Origin: Armatimonadota bacterium
GTDB taxonomy: Bacteria > Armatimonadota > UBA5829 > DTLH01
Direction: 5' to 3'
Length of the DNA stretch: 64,000 nucleotides
Assembly (NCBI GenBank): GCA_039680575.1
Contig: JBDKSP010000095.1
Span: 12,910-76,909 of the forward strand
Both the position numbers and the translations under genes were made by a program. Of this stretch, positions 37,822 through 46,528 are shown one piece after another (the stretch's first letter is position 1; each line of letters begins with the position of its first letter). The notes beneath the pieces were generated by a model. The model saw only the letters and a program-made list of their open reading frames with translations. It ran no database searches and was not told the origin of the DNA.

Positions 37822-38517
37822 CTATCCTACCCCATCCTTGAGGTCCAGAAAATGTGTAAAATGGGCCATAACCCGTTCCTTCACCGTTTTCATATCGGGT
37901 GTTGGATCAAGCAGTCGCTTGAGCGAAGTAATCTGCTCCGATTCAAGCCCACATGGATTGATGAAATTGAAGTGACTCAGGTTTGGATCGACATTGAACG
38001 CGAAACCGTGGTAAGTAACGCCTCCCCGGACCGCAATCCCGATGGAACAGACCTTCTTACCGCACGTCCAAACCCCTGCAAGACCGTTCTTGCATCCTTC
38101 GAGGCCGAAATCGGCAAGTGTCGAGATAATTATACTTTCTACTAGACGCAGAAAGCCGTGTACATCGCTTTTTATAAGGCGAAGATCGATTATAAGATAG
38201 CCGGTAAGCTGCCCTGGTCCGTGATATGTAACATCACCGCCGCGGTCTGTCCTGACTATTTCTATCCCGTTTTTCTCGAGTGTACTCTCAGAGACCAGGA
38301 GATTCTCGGAATGGGTACTGACTCCGAGAGTCATCACAGGATAATGCTCCAGCAGCACCAGCGCGCCGCCGAGTTTTTTAGCCTTGACATCCGCATGAAG
38401 CGACAACTGCAGATCGAGCGCGTCATTGTAACTTATCAGTCCTGCATCGATTACTTTGAACAGGGAATTTCCGGCGTCAGACTGGCGAATGTAAGGTCGT
38501 TCCAAATACTCGTTCAA
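37822..38517 (-). CDS. lipB: Lipoyl(octanoyl) transferase
   Basis: LEHYPVMTLG, RGGDVTYHGPGQ, KVCSIGI, HGFAFNV, INPCG. Confidence 0.95.
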   Translation of the reverse strand: MNEYLERPYIRQSDAGNSLFKVIDAGLISYNDALDLQLSLHADVKAKKLGGALVLLEHYPVMTLGVSTHSENLLVSESTLEKNGIEIVRTDRGGDVTYHGPGQLTGYLIIDLRLIKSDVHGFLRLVESIIISTLADFGLEGCKNGLAGVWTCGKKVCSIGIAVRGGVTYHGFAFNVDPNLSHFNFINPCGLESEQITSLKRLLDPTPDMKTVKERVMAHFTHFLDLKDGVG

Positions 38518-38570
38518 GTGTTTTTTCTCCGGGCAATAATCATTGTCACACTTTTTGATGACCTAACCCT

Positions 38571-38599
38571 AGTATACCCAGCAGTATGAGGCGGGTCAA
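38571..38599 (-). promoter_or_regulatory. Sigma70 promoter heading lipB-tamB
   Basis: TTGACC - 17 nt - TATACT. Confidence 0.65.
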
Positions 38600-38633
38600 C
38601 TAAACGTAAGAGTTCGTTCACTCTTACCTAAAC
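38600..38633. repeat. 22-bp palindrome flanked by a 6-bp direct repeat
   Basis: ctaaac-GTAAGAGT-tcgttc-ACTCTTAC-ctaaac; related sequence at 63813-63846. Confidence 0.55.
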
Positions 38634-38727
38634 ATGACCTTTGTAATGGGGCGTACTTGCTTGAAATTGAGACTGTATATGCGGTCTACTAAGTTTTACT
38701 TATCGTGATAATCTTATACACTAATAC

Positions 38728-39447
38728 TCATATTCTCTTCAGCAGCGACTTTGCATTCTCTATAGCGAAGCCTTTGTAGTCATTGTTGAAGTACACATAA
38801 ACATCCCCGTTATCCAGCAGGCGGTGTATATGACCCGACCACCAGTCCAATCTATCATCAGTATACCAGCCCTCGGTCTCATAGCCCCCGCTGTGCATCC
38901 GAATATAAGAATAATCGGCTGTCGAGATAATATGACATGGCAGATCGGGAGCACTCATTATGCAATACCCCATTTTATACCGTCGGAGCAGATCGAAGAC
39001 CTGTTCCGACTGCCATGAAGAGTCGCGAAACTCGAAAACATGCCTCATGTTCGCAGGAAGAACCTCTAGAAAGCTCTCCAATCGTTCCTGATTGGCTCGC
39101 CAACCCGGAGGAAGCTGGTATAGAATCGGCCCATGCTTTTCAGCCAATGCGCTGCTTCTACTGAGCATCCGCTCAAGCGGCTCCGCCGGCTCCGTCAATT
39201 TCTTCATATGGGTCAGATACCTGCTTGCTTTTACCGCAAAAGTGAACCCTGAAGGAGCCTGATCATACCACACCTGAAATGTTTGCCTTTCCGGGAGCCG
39301 ATAGAACGAATTATTGATCTCGACCGTATCGAAATCAGACCCGTAATACCGAAGCCAGCGCGACTGTGGCAGCGCCTCCGGATAGTATATCCCTTTCCAG
39401 TGTTTATAGTTCCACCCGCTGGTACCGCAATAGATTCTGCCGGACAT
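38728..39447 (-). CDS. DUF72 (YecE family) protein
   Basis: IYCGTSGWNY, TVEINNSFY, VKASRYLTH, LYQLPP, EFR, YFNND; start ATG 39447 with GGAG. Confidence 0.9.
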   Translation of the reverse strand: MSGRIYCGTSGWNYKHWKGIYYPEALPQSRWLRYYGSDFDTVEINNSFYRLPERQTFQVWYDQAPSGFTFAVKASRYLTHMKKLTEPAEPLERMLSRSSALAEKHGPILYQLPPGWRANQERLESFLEVLPANMRHVFEFRDSSWQSEQVFDLLRRYKMGYCIMSAPDLPCHIISTADYSYIRMHSGGYETEGWYTDDRLDWWSGHIHRLLDNGDVYVYFNNDYKGFAIENAKSLLKRI

Positions 39448-39586
39448 TCTGTATCTCCGTTCAGCCGCTTGTTCGCATGCATCAGTATCACAAAATAGTA
39501 TACCCTTATAATAATATGGAAGAATTAATATACAAGTATCGATTTCGGCTATACTATAGATGTAAACAAAATATTCGAGCGAATGA

Positions 39587-40552
39587 ATGACTAATACTAT
39601 TCTGAGAGTATCTTTTATAATATTTGCGCTTCTGCTTCTCGCAGCGGTTCCGGCTGCCGGTGAGATCACCTGTGAAGACTGTACCCCGGTTACGGTTTAC
39701 AACCCCCTCGCGTGGGACCGGACGGATGTTGTGGATATGGCTTCACCATTCTGCGGAGAAGCAGTAACAGCCATTAGCGTTACTGACGGAACTGAGACCT
39801 ATCCGGCACAAATAGTCGCGGACAGGATTATCTTCACCGCACGCAATGTACCCGCGCTAGGCCACAAAGTATTCCGGTTGATAAAATCCGATAAACCTAC
39901 CGTAACTTCTATTAAGTCGGGCAACGATTATATCGAAAACGAGTTCTTCCGGGTTAAAATCGACCTTTCGAAAGGCATCATAGAAAGCATCTATGATAAA
40001 ATCAATAAACGCGAGGTAGCTTCACAGACCGGAATAATGCAGATCGTCTCCGGCAAGCATACCAAGGACCTGGACCCTGACGAAAGCGAAGTCCTCGAGG
40101 TTGGTCCAACCAGAACAATGGCACGTCTAGACCACGCTTACGGCAAGTCATCGTTCGTGCAGGACATCATTCTCTATGAAGGCCTTCCGCGCATTGATAT
40201 TAAGCTGACTGCCTATTTACGGGAACAGGCTTCGCTCGAAATCACCTTCAGGACTGCACTTTCCAATCCAATAGCTGCTTTTGACGACCCTTGCCGGACG
40301 GATGCTCAAAAATGGATCGATCTTTCGGAGAATAAATACGGAATATCGATCCTAAACTATTGTAAATATGCCTGCAGCATCACGGATAACACAATACACA
40401 TACTTATTCCAACCAAATCATCCAACCAGCGGTTCTACGAAGCATCTTATTCGATCTATCCTCATTCCGGCAATTGGAACGCAGTATACGCTTCCCGTTA
40501 TACGGATGAATTGAACAACCCACTGAATGCTATTGCCCAAACAAATAAATAA
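39587..40552 (+). CDS. Secreted protein made only of GH38 alpha-mannosidase C-terminal beta-domain segments
   Basis: Signal peptide then VYNPLAWDRTDVV, VPALG, IENEFFRVKID, GLPRIDIK, AQKWIDLS, YSIYPH; no catalytic N-domain. Confidence 0.65.
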   Translation: MTNTILRVSFIIFALLLLAAVPAAGEITCEDCTPVTVYNPLAWDRTDVVDMASPFCGEAVTAISVTDGTETYPAQIVADRIIFTARNVPALGHKVFRLIKSDKPTVTSIKSGNDYIENEFFRVKIDLSKGIIESIYDKINKREVASQTGIMQIVSGKHTKDLDPDESEVLEVGPTRTMARLDHAYGKSSFVQDIILYEGLPRIDIKLTAYLREQASLEITFRTALSNPIAAFDDPCRTDAQKWIDLSENKYGISILNYCKYACSITDNTIHILIPTKSSNQRFYEASYSIYPHSGNWNAVYASRYTDELNNPLNAIAQTNK

Positions 40553-40686
40553 TCCGCCTGCTCGGATTAATAATCATCTTGTTATATACGCACTGTTCTC
40601 AGCTTTGTCTATATATGATAAAATTTTCAGACGTAAATGACCCTCCAACAACCTCATACATAACATCATACCTTAAATAATTATGC

Positions 40687-40893
40687 TTGACTTGCTAACT
40701 GGCACATGGTATATAAGGAATTAGAGCATTAATCTAAAGTTATTGCCTTGTGCTTCAGACAGACCAGAAAGTCAAACACATAGAGGCAATAGCATGTGTC
40801 GCCATACATTCTGCAATATAGTGGCCGGATAGAATGAATTGCATGAGGCTGACTGTAACCGAATAAAGGAAGAGGCAGCCGAGGTAAATGGCG
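40687..40893 (+). promoter_or_regulatory. Promoter (TTGACT-17-TATATA) and ~200-nt structured leader
   Basis: Stems 40739-48/40784-93 and 40800-05/40888-93, the latter enclosing two inner stems. Confidence 0.45.
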
Positions 40894-40925
40894 GTAAATA
40901 TCTCCATAGAGGAGGCGAAAGGAAA

Positions 40926-43139
40926 ATGAGCAATTATTCATATGCTGCTTCAGCTCGCAGACTGATGCTGACAGCAGCGGTTATGCTGATCCTTGTCCTC
41001 TGCGTGGGAACAGTCTCTTACGCGCAGTCAACAGTAACAGGGACAGTAACTCGCGGCGGCATACCATGCCCGAATGTCCGCGTAGTCATAACAGATGATA
41101 TTACGTACAGCTCCGGCAGGACCGGCGCTGATGGGACTTACACCATAGAAGGTTCTCCTATGGGAATCAGCAGGGTCATATTCAATGCTGTAAACGCGGT
41201 TCCTAAGATCATTTATAATGTTGATATTCTTGCAAACCCAATTCAGAATGCGGATCTGCAATATGGTTACACTCCGCTGGTTGACGATTTCTCCAGCGCA
41301 GAAGTCGATACAACCAATAGATGGAGTTTCTTTAATGCCTATCCATATCCCGATGCATCAGCGCCTGATTCAACGGTTTCCATAACCAGCCAGGGGTGGT
41401 TACAGATCACTGCCTCCAGAAAAAGGGGCGGCATAAAGAGTATTACTACTTTCCCATCGATTGCTGCATTCGAGTGCACAATCCCGCAGAAGGCTACAAC
41501 CGGTTATATGCAGCAGGGTATGGGAATCAAGGGCGCCAGTTCTGACTTAACTCAATTGATATGCATAGAAGACCAGGCCAGCTCCAGCGTCACAGTACCT
41601 TATATCAATTGTTGTTACGGAACTGATTCCACCTCGAACCCATCCAAGGTCTGGAGTCCAACAAGCATGTATTGGGGAAGTGCATACCAATACCCATGCA
41701 GGCTTACAATCCTTAGGACTATGGATGATTACGACTACTTCATCAATGGAACATGGCTAGCCGAAAAGACATTTTTCATGAATATTGCCGATAACGCATA
41801 TCTTTACCTTTATGGTATCAGCAGTTCAAGCACCAGCACAGCGTTAACAAATGCATTCTTCGATGACGTAAGAGCCGGTGCAGGCTTGGCCATTGCAGCT
41901 ACTACTGTCTCCGGTGCAAAAACAACATCTGAAGGAGATATGGTCACCATACCTGAGGCTGTAGTAACAGCTTCTTTCCCGGGTTGCTTCTGGATCGAAA
42001 ACACGGACAGATCATCCGGCATCAAAGTCATTTGCAATGCCAGTTCCGTTGCAGGAGAAAATAATAGCCCTGCAATAGGAGATAAAGTCTTAGTTTCCGG
42101 AAAAATCATAAAGAGCAACTCCGAAATATCGATCTATGCTGATAATATAGTCTATACAGGTAGAGTTACACCTCCTGCCCCTGTGGGAATAACCGGCAAA
42201 GTGGCTGCGGAGTGTAACAAAGCAGGCGCTGCCGCTCAAGGTCTTTTCGTTAAGATCGCAGGCAATATCACACATGTCGACACGGACGCCACCAATTATG
42301 TCACGGGGTATTGTCTCGACGATGGAAGCGGTGTCGTTACTACAGTCGGACTTCAGCAGTACAAAGGGATATACGTAATCATGGATCCCGCTTTCAAATA
42401 CACTACGGATGATATAAAAGAAAATGACTTCCAAATAGTCTCAGGTCCTTTGACTATTTATGCGAACAGTGGGGTTCCTGTACCGGCTGTGAAATCCATC
42501 CCGGTTGTCGAACCGGCTGCATTCAAGTCATACAATGACTTTTTTTATTCATCAACGTCTGCTCTCGCTGCCAATAATTCCACCTGCACCGCGAAATCCG
42601 GGCTGTCAAAATGCTATTTGATAGATTATGCAACCGGGAAGGCACTTCCTGTTAATGTTGCGTTAACTTCCAGTGGGCTGCGGCCTGAGACAACAGGCGG
42701 ACCTACGGCGTTTGCTACCGGAACGGATGCCTATAATATTTTCAATGGCAAAGTAAATACCTATGGCGGCCTTATCCACATTGACAGTAATGTCACCAAC
42801 TGGTTCGCGGAACTTGAATTCAGCGGGTTGAATCCTGGTTCACTGTATACATTTGCATGCACCGGAGCCAAGTCGTCCACCACAACCGGTGTTTCCGCCA
42901 TTTATACTATCTCGGGTGCTAGAAGTTTCATTAATTCAAGCAGTTCAGGAGCAGTGATGAGCGCTGACGGCTATAGCACCACTATTACAAACGTCTCCAA
43001 TATGACCAATGGTTTCATTGCAAAATGGAGCAGCATCCAGCCTTCAGTCGATGGCAGGTTCAAGCTAAGGGTGGTATCCACATCACCATCATCATCCACC
43101 GGATATCCGCTCACAGCTTTCATGCTCCAAAAGCAGTAA
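40926..43139 (+). CDS. Secreted Ser/Thr-rich multidomain protein (carboxypeptidase-regulatory-like Ig, lectin-like beta domain, internal OB-fold-like module, C-terminal beta domain)
   Basis: ATG 40926 after AGGAGG/AGGA; signal peptide ending SYA; TVTGTVT...GADGTYTI; module similar to the C-terminus of ORF 9-2927. Confidence 0.7.
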   Translation: MSNYSYAASARRLMLTAAVMLILVLCVGTVSYAQSTVTGTVTRGGIPCPNVRVVITDDITYSSGRTGADGTYTIEGSPMGISRVIFNAVNAVPKIIYNVDILANPIQNADLQYGYTPLVDDFSSAEVDTTNRWSFFNAYPYPDASAPDSTVSITSQGWLQITASRKRGGIKSITTFPSIAAFECTIPQKATTGYMQQGMGIKGASSDLTQLICIEDQASSSVTVPYINCCYGTDSTSNPSKVWSPTSMYWGSAYQYPCRLTILRTMDDYDYFINGTWLAEKTFFMNIADNAYLYLYGISSSSTSTALTNAFFDDVRAGAGLAIAATTVSGAKTTSEGDMVTIPEAVVTASFPGCFWIENTDRSSGIKVICNASSVAGENNSPAIGDKVLVSGKIIKSNSEISIYADNIVYTGRVTPPAPVGITGKVAAECNKAGAAAQGLFVKIAGNITHVDTDATNYVTGYCLDDGSGVVTTVGLQQYKGIYVIMDPAFKYTTDDIKENDFQIVSGPLTIYANSGVPVPAVKSIPVVEPAAFKSYNDFFYSSTSALAANNSTCTAKSGLSKCYLIDYATGKALPVNVALTSSGLRPETTGGPTAFATGTDAYNIFNGKVNTYGGLIHIDSNVTNWFAELEFSGLNPGSLYTFACTGAKSSTTTGVSAIYTISGARSFINSSSSGAVMSADGYSTTITNVSNMTNGFIAKWSSIQPSVDGRFKLRVVSTSPSSSTGYPLTAFMLQKQ

Positions 43140-43192
43140 TCCAACGTGTCGATACCTGCTGAATCAGGTATCTTCTATCAGTCAATAATGGC

Positions 43193-43239
43193 ATACCGCC
43201 GCCCGGAAGTCCTACCTATCGGGCGGCGGTATATCCTTT
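43193..43239 (+). terminator. Strong hairpin/terminator after the secreted-protein gene
   Basis: 13-bp perfect stem ataccgccgcccg / cgggcggcggtat; a second hairpin lies at 43151-43172. Confidence 0.6.
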
Positions 43240-43449
43240 ATCACCCGAACATTTGTTTTGCCTTGACACGAATGAGCCTCCATAGTAGCATTACTTATGA
43301 TAAAATCAGCAGATAAGTCACTGTTTTATGCAATCGAAGGCTGAAGATTATCGGCTTCGAATACGATAATTGTATATCAGAGCATCTTCTACATGCTTAA
43401 TCAAATGACTCGCCACGCTGCAGATTGATATCGCTGCAGCAGGATAAAA

Positions 43450-45237
43450 GTGTTGAGATTAATTAAAAATACACATCGACTGATAACAGCATTCTGTAAC
43501 TCAGTCATAAAACGGCGCATCCTCACCGACCCCACCAAGTCCGCAAACATGAAACATAATGTGCGGCGGACTCTGGCGAGGATATTACCTACGCTTGCCG
43601 TAATGGTAATATCTCTTATAATCGCGCATTTTTACTACCAGCCTTTTTTTGTCCCGCAGAAGGTCCTTGCAGTCATTTATGGTGGAGCAGCCATTATTGT
43701 CCTCATGCTTCTCTGGCCGCGGCTGATACCTGCATTTTTTGCTACCGGCGCTTCTGTTATATTGGCTCTGGCAGTTATTCACTCAACGCCTGGCAAGATC
43801 ATTACGGGGTTTTGCGCGCTTTTCGCCTTCGCGCTCATCGCCCGTAGGCTGGAAATCGGCATTATCGCTATCCTTATCCTCAATGCCAGCATAATAAGTT
43901 CATCTGTAATTCCAAAACCTATTACGTTCGGTGGTATGGGGTTTAGTATAACAGAATTACTGCTCTTGTTCATGCTTGTGCTCGTGCTGTTTCGCACGGG
44001 TGCCGATCGCAAATTGAATCTTTTTCTAAACCCGATGGCAGGGATGCTATTCCTGTTCTACATAATGATATTAGGGTCCGTATGCCTGACACTAATAAAA
44101 AACAGCATCAATCATTTCTCTGCGGTTGATTTCCGAACCATATATAATGCAGCACGACCACTATTCCAATATTCATTCTTCTTCGTGCTTCTTCTTGGTA
44201 TTCAAAGTAAGGAACAACTAACCAGGGTAATTCGATCTGCAATATGGATTGCAGCTATCGTTTCGGTTCTTATGATAATCCAATATTTTATTGCACCCAG
44301 CGGAAAATCGGTTTTTCTTGGAAGACCAGACTATATAATAACAATAAGCGATTCTAAAGAAGATGCCAATGTTGCTCGTTCCGTCCCTCCTGGACTTGCA
44401 CTGATAGTGCCACTTTTCATTGTTACTATATTAGACGTAGCAAACAAAAAGATTCGCAATGCAAGCCTCAGTACAATAACAACAGCTATCCTAGGGCTGG
44501 GAATATTGTTCAGTTTCTATAGGAGTTTTTGGTTATCAACTATTATTGGTTTGTTTATCGCTTGGCTGTTTTCAAAGCGCCTTATAAAAGCAAGGCTAAC
44601 ATTATTCATCATTTCCAGTATTGTGCTTATGTTCGTTGGAAGCGTTGTGATAACAAATGTCGCATCTCCAATGGCCGGCCGTTTTGACCAAGCAATAATA
44701 CATCGTTTCGCCTCTGTATTCAATTTATCAGCATTTAATTCTACATCTCTAAAAACCCGCTTTAATGAAAACCATAAAGCGATTAGTAATATTAAAAAAA
44801 ATCCAGTCTTTGGCATTGGAGTTGGCAATCCAATTCGATATGTACGAGCCGTAAATCCTATAACAAGAGGACAAGTATTAGTGCCAGTAAATATGATGCA
44901 CAATAGTTTTTTAGAATTATGGCTTGTATACGGCATATTCGGCGTTTTTTGTTTTGGAGGATTATCAACAATTTTCCTATTGAGATGTTACCAGCTATTC
45001 AAAAAGGTGAACGACCCAATCTATAAGTCTTTTACACTTGCCTTTTTTGTCGCATATATTGGATATCTTCTTAGGTGTCAAACACAAATGCACATTCTGC
45101 ATGACATATCACAAATATCCACAGTAGCCTTTTTATGGGGCTTCATTGAAGTTGTATTGAGGTTTTACAGAGAAGGAAAGCTGCATGAAAACCCACCGAA
45201 TTCCACTAAATGCAAGAACAGCCTTGTGCAACGCTAG
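43450..45237 (+). CDS. O-antigen ligase / Wzy_C family polytopic membrane protein (start GTG 43450 or ATG 43549)
   Basis: Many TM helices; FSFYRS..., SLKTRF, NPVFGIGVG, MHNSFLELW..YGIFG. Confidence 0.8.
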   Translation: MLRLIKNTHRLITAFCNSVIKRRILTDPTKSANMKHNVRRTLARILPTLAVMVISLIIAHFYYQPFFVPQKVLAVIYGGAAIIVLMLLWPRLIPAFFATGASVILALAVIHSTPGKIITGFCALFAFALIARRLEIGIIAILILNASIISSSVIPKPITFGGMGFSITELLLLFMLVLVLFRTGADRKLNLFLNPMAGMLFLFYIMILGSVCLTLIKNSINHFSAVDFRTIYNAARPLFQYSFFFVLLLGIQSKEQLTRVIRSAIWIAAIVSVLMIIQYFIAPSGKSVFLGRPDYIITISDSKEDANVARSVPPGLALIVPLFIVTILDVANKKIRNASLSTITTAILGLGILFSFYRSFWLSTIIGLFIAWLFSKRLIKARLTLFIISSIVLMFVGSVVITNVASPMAGRFDQAIIHRFASVFNLSAFNSTSLKTRFNENHKAISNIKKNPVFGIGVGNPIRYVRAVNPITRGQVLVPVNMMHNSFLELWLVYGIFGVFCFGGLSTIFLLRCYQLFKKVNDPIYKSFTLAFFVAYIGYLLRCQTQMHILHDISQISTVAFLWGFIEVVLRFYREGKLHENPPNSTKCKNSLVQR

Positions 45238-45304
45238 AAGCCTTTATTATTGCATTTGAACACTCTTAAATGAATCCAAGCGTTATGAAAGGTGTGATAG
45301 TTTT

Positions 45305-46495
45305 ATGCAAAAGGATAATAAACCACGAGACTACATAAATAAACAACCAACTGTTGCGTTATTGCTAGGAACAATGGCGCATCGTCGTATAACTAATACT
45401 TTCAAAGGTATTGAACCGCGATATAATGCATATGTAGTATCGGCTCAAAACACATATCCAACTGGCGGAGATCTTGGTTTTCCTGAAAAAAAGTGTACTA
45501 CTCTTTCTGACATTACAAAACACATACCTAAAATAAGGCACAATATTTCATGGGACCTAAAACATTACACATTCGGTATTGAGTCAGCTTTAGCTGATGC
45601 AGATGCTGTTATATCTCATTCAATAGATGCACTATATGCATATCAAGCAACTCTCTATTGTGAGAAAAGAGAAATACCTTCAATTATACAGGAAGTAACA
45701 CTTATACCGCTTTTGCACCTCGGTAGTCGGTATTATAAATATAGAGAGAAAACGATATCCTCTGCAAAATATATAATTGCCGTAACAGAGAGAGCTAAAA
45801 TTACGCTTGAACTTGAAGGAGTACCTTCTGACAAGATAAGGGTGGTACCATTCGGCATAGATACTGAAATGTTCAACCCTAATGTATCCACTGTTGGCGT
45901 ACGCGAGAGTCTCGGACTTAGCGAGGAGGACATTGTAGTTCTTTATGTCGGGAACATTCACTGGGAAAAAGGTCTATATGATTTACTAAACGCAGCGAAA
46001 CTACTTTCTGATGATCCTACTGTCAAAAAACGAAGACTGCGTTTTGTATTATTTGGTAGTACCGGCGCCGCATCAGAAGAACTACGAAAACGAATAAGTT
46101 ATTTTGGTTTATCAGAGCAATTTATACTGCCAGGGGCAATAGATTATGATAAACTACCACCAATATATGCATCATCTGATATGGTAGTATTAGCCAGCAT
46201 TCCTGGGAAAGTGGTCCTTGAATCAGCACCTCTTGTTCTACTTGAAGCAATGGCATCCGGTGTACCGGTGATAGGTACTTACTGCGGAGGAATACCGGAA
46301 ATACTCGGCAATGACGGTATACTTGTCCAACCTGCCGATACCATTAGTTTACGTGATGCAATAAAACAACTGGCTATTGATTCTGAATATCGGCGCGAGC
46401 TTGGTTCTGCTGGACTCGCAAGAATCAAACGGCTTCACGACTCCAGAATCGTAAGTGCCCAATATGCAGACATCCTGGATGAGGCGCGTTCATAA
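45305..46495 (+). CDS. GT4 glycosyltransferase
   Basis: YVGNIHWEKG, ESAPLVLLEAMASG, GGIPE. Confidence 0.88.
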   Translation: MQKDNKPRDYINKQPTVALLLGTMAHRRITNTFKGIEPRYNAYVVSAQNTYPTGGDLGFPEKKCTTLSDITKHIPKIRHNISWDLKHYTFGIESALADADAVISHSIDALYAYQATLYCEKREIPSIIQEVTLIPLLHLGSRYYKYREKTISSAKYIIAVTERAKITLELEGVPSDKIRVVPFGIDTEMFNPNVSTVGVRESLGLSEEDIVVLYVGNIHWEKGLYDLLNAAKLLSDDPTVKKRRLRFVLFGSTGAASEELRKRISYFGLSEQFILPGAIDYDKLPPIYASSDMVVLASIPGKVVLESAPLVLLEAMASGVPVIGTYCGGIPEILGNDGILVQPADTISLRDAIKQLAIDSEYRRELGSAGLARIKRLHDSRIVSAQYADILDEARS

Positions 46496-46528
46496 TGATC
46501 GCAAGCAAGATTTACCAGGTGATTATTC

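Noticed and set aside
39448..39669. N-terminal extension of DUF72 in the ORF track
   Set aside because: Overlaps the divergent gene; the family N-terminus and RBS support ATG 39447.
40839..40925. Upstream TTG start for the secreted protein
   Set aside because: Strong SD and signal peptide support ATG 40926.
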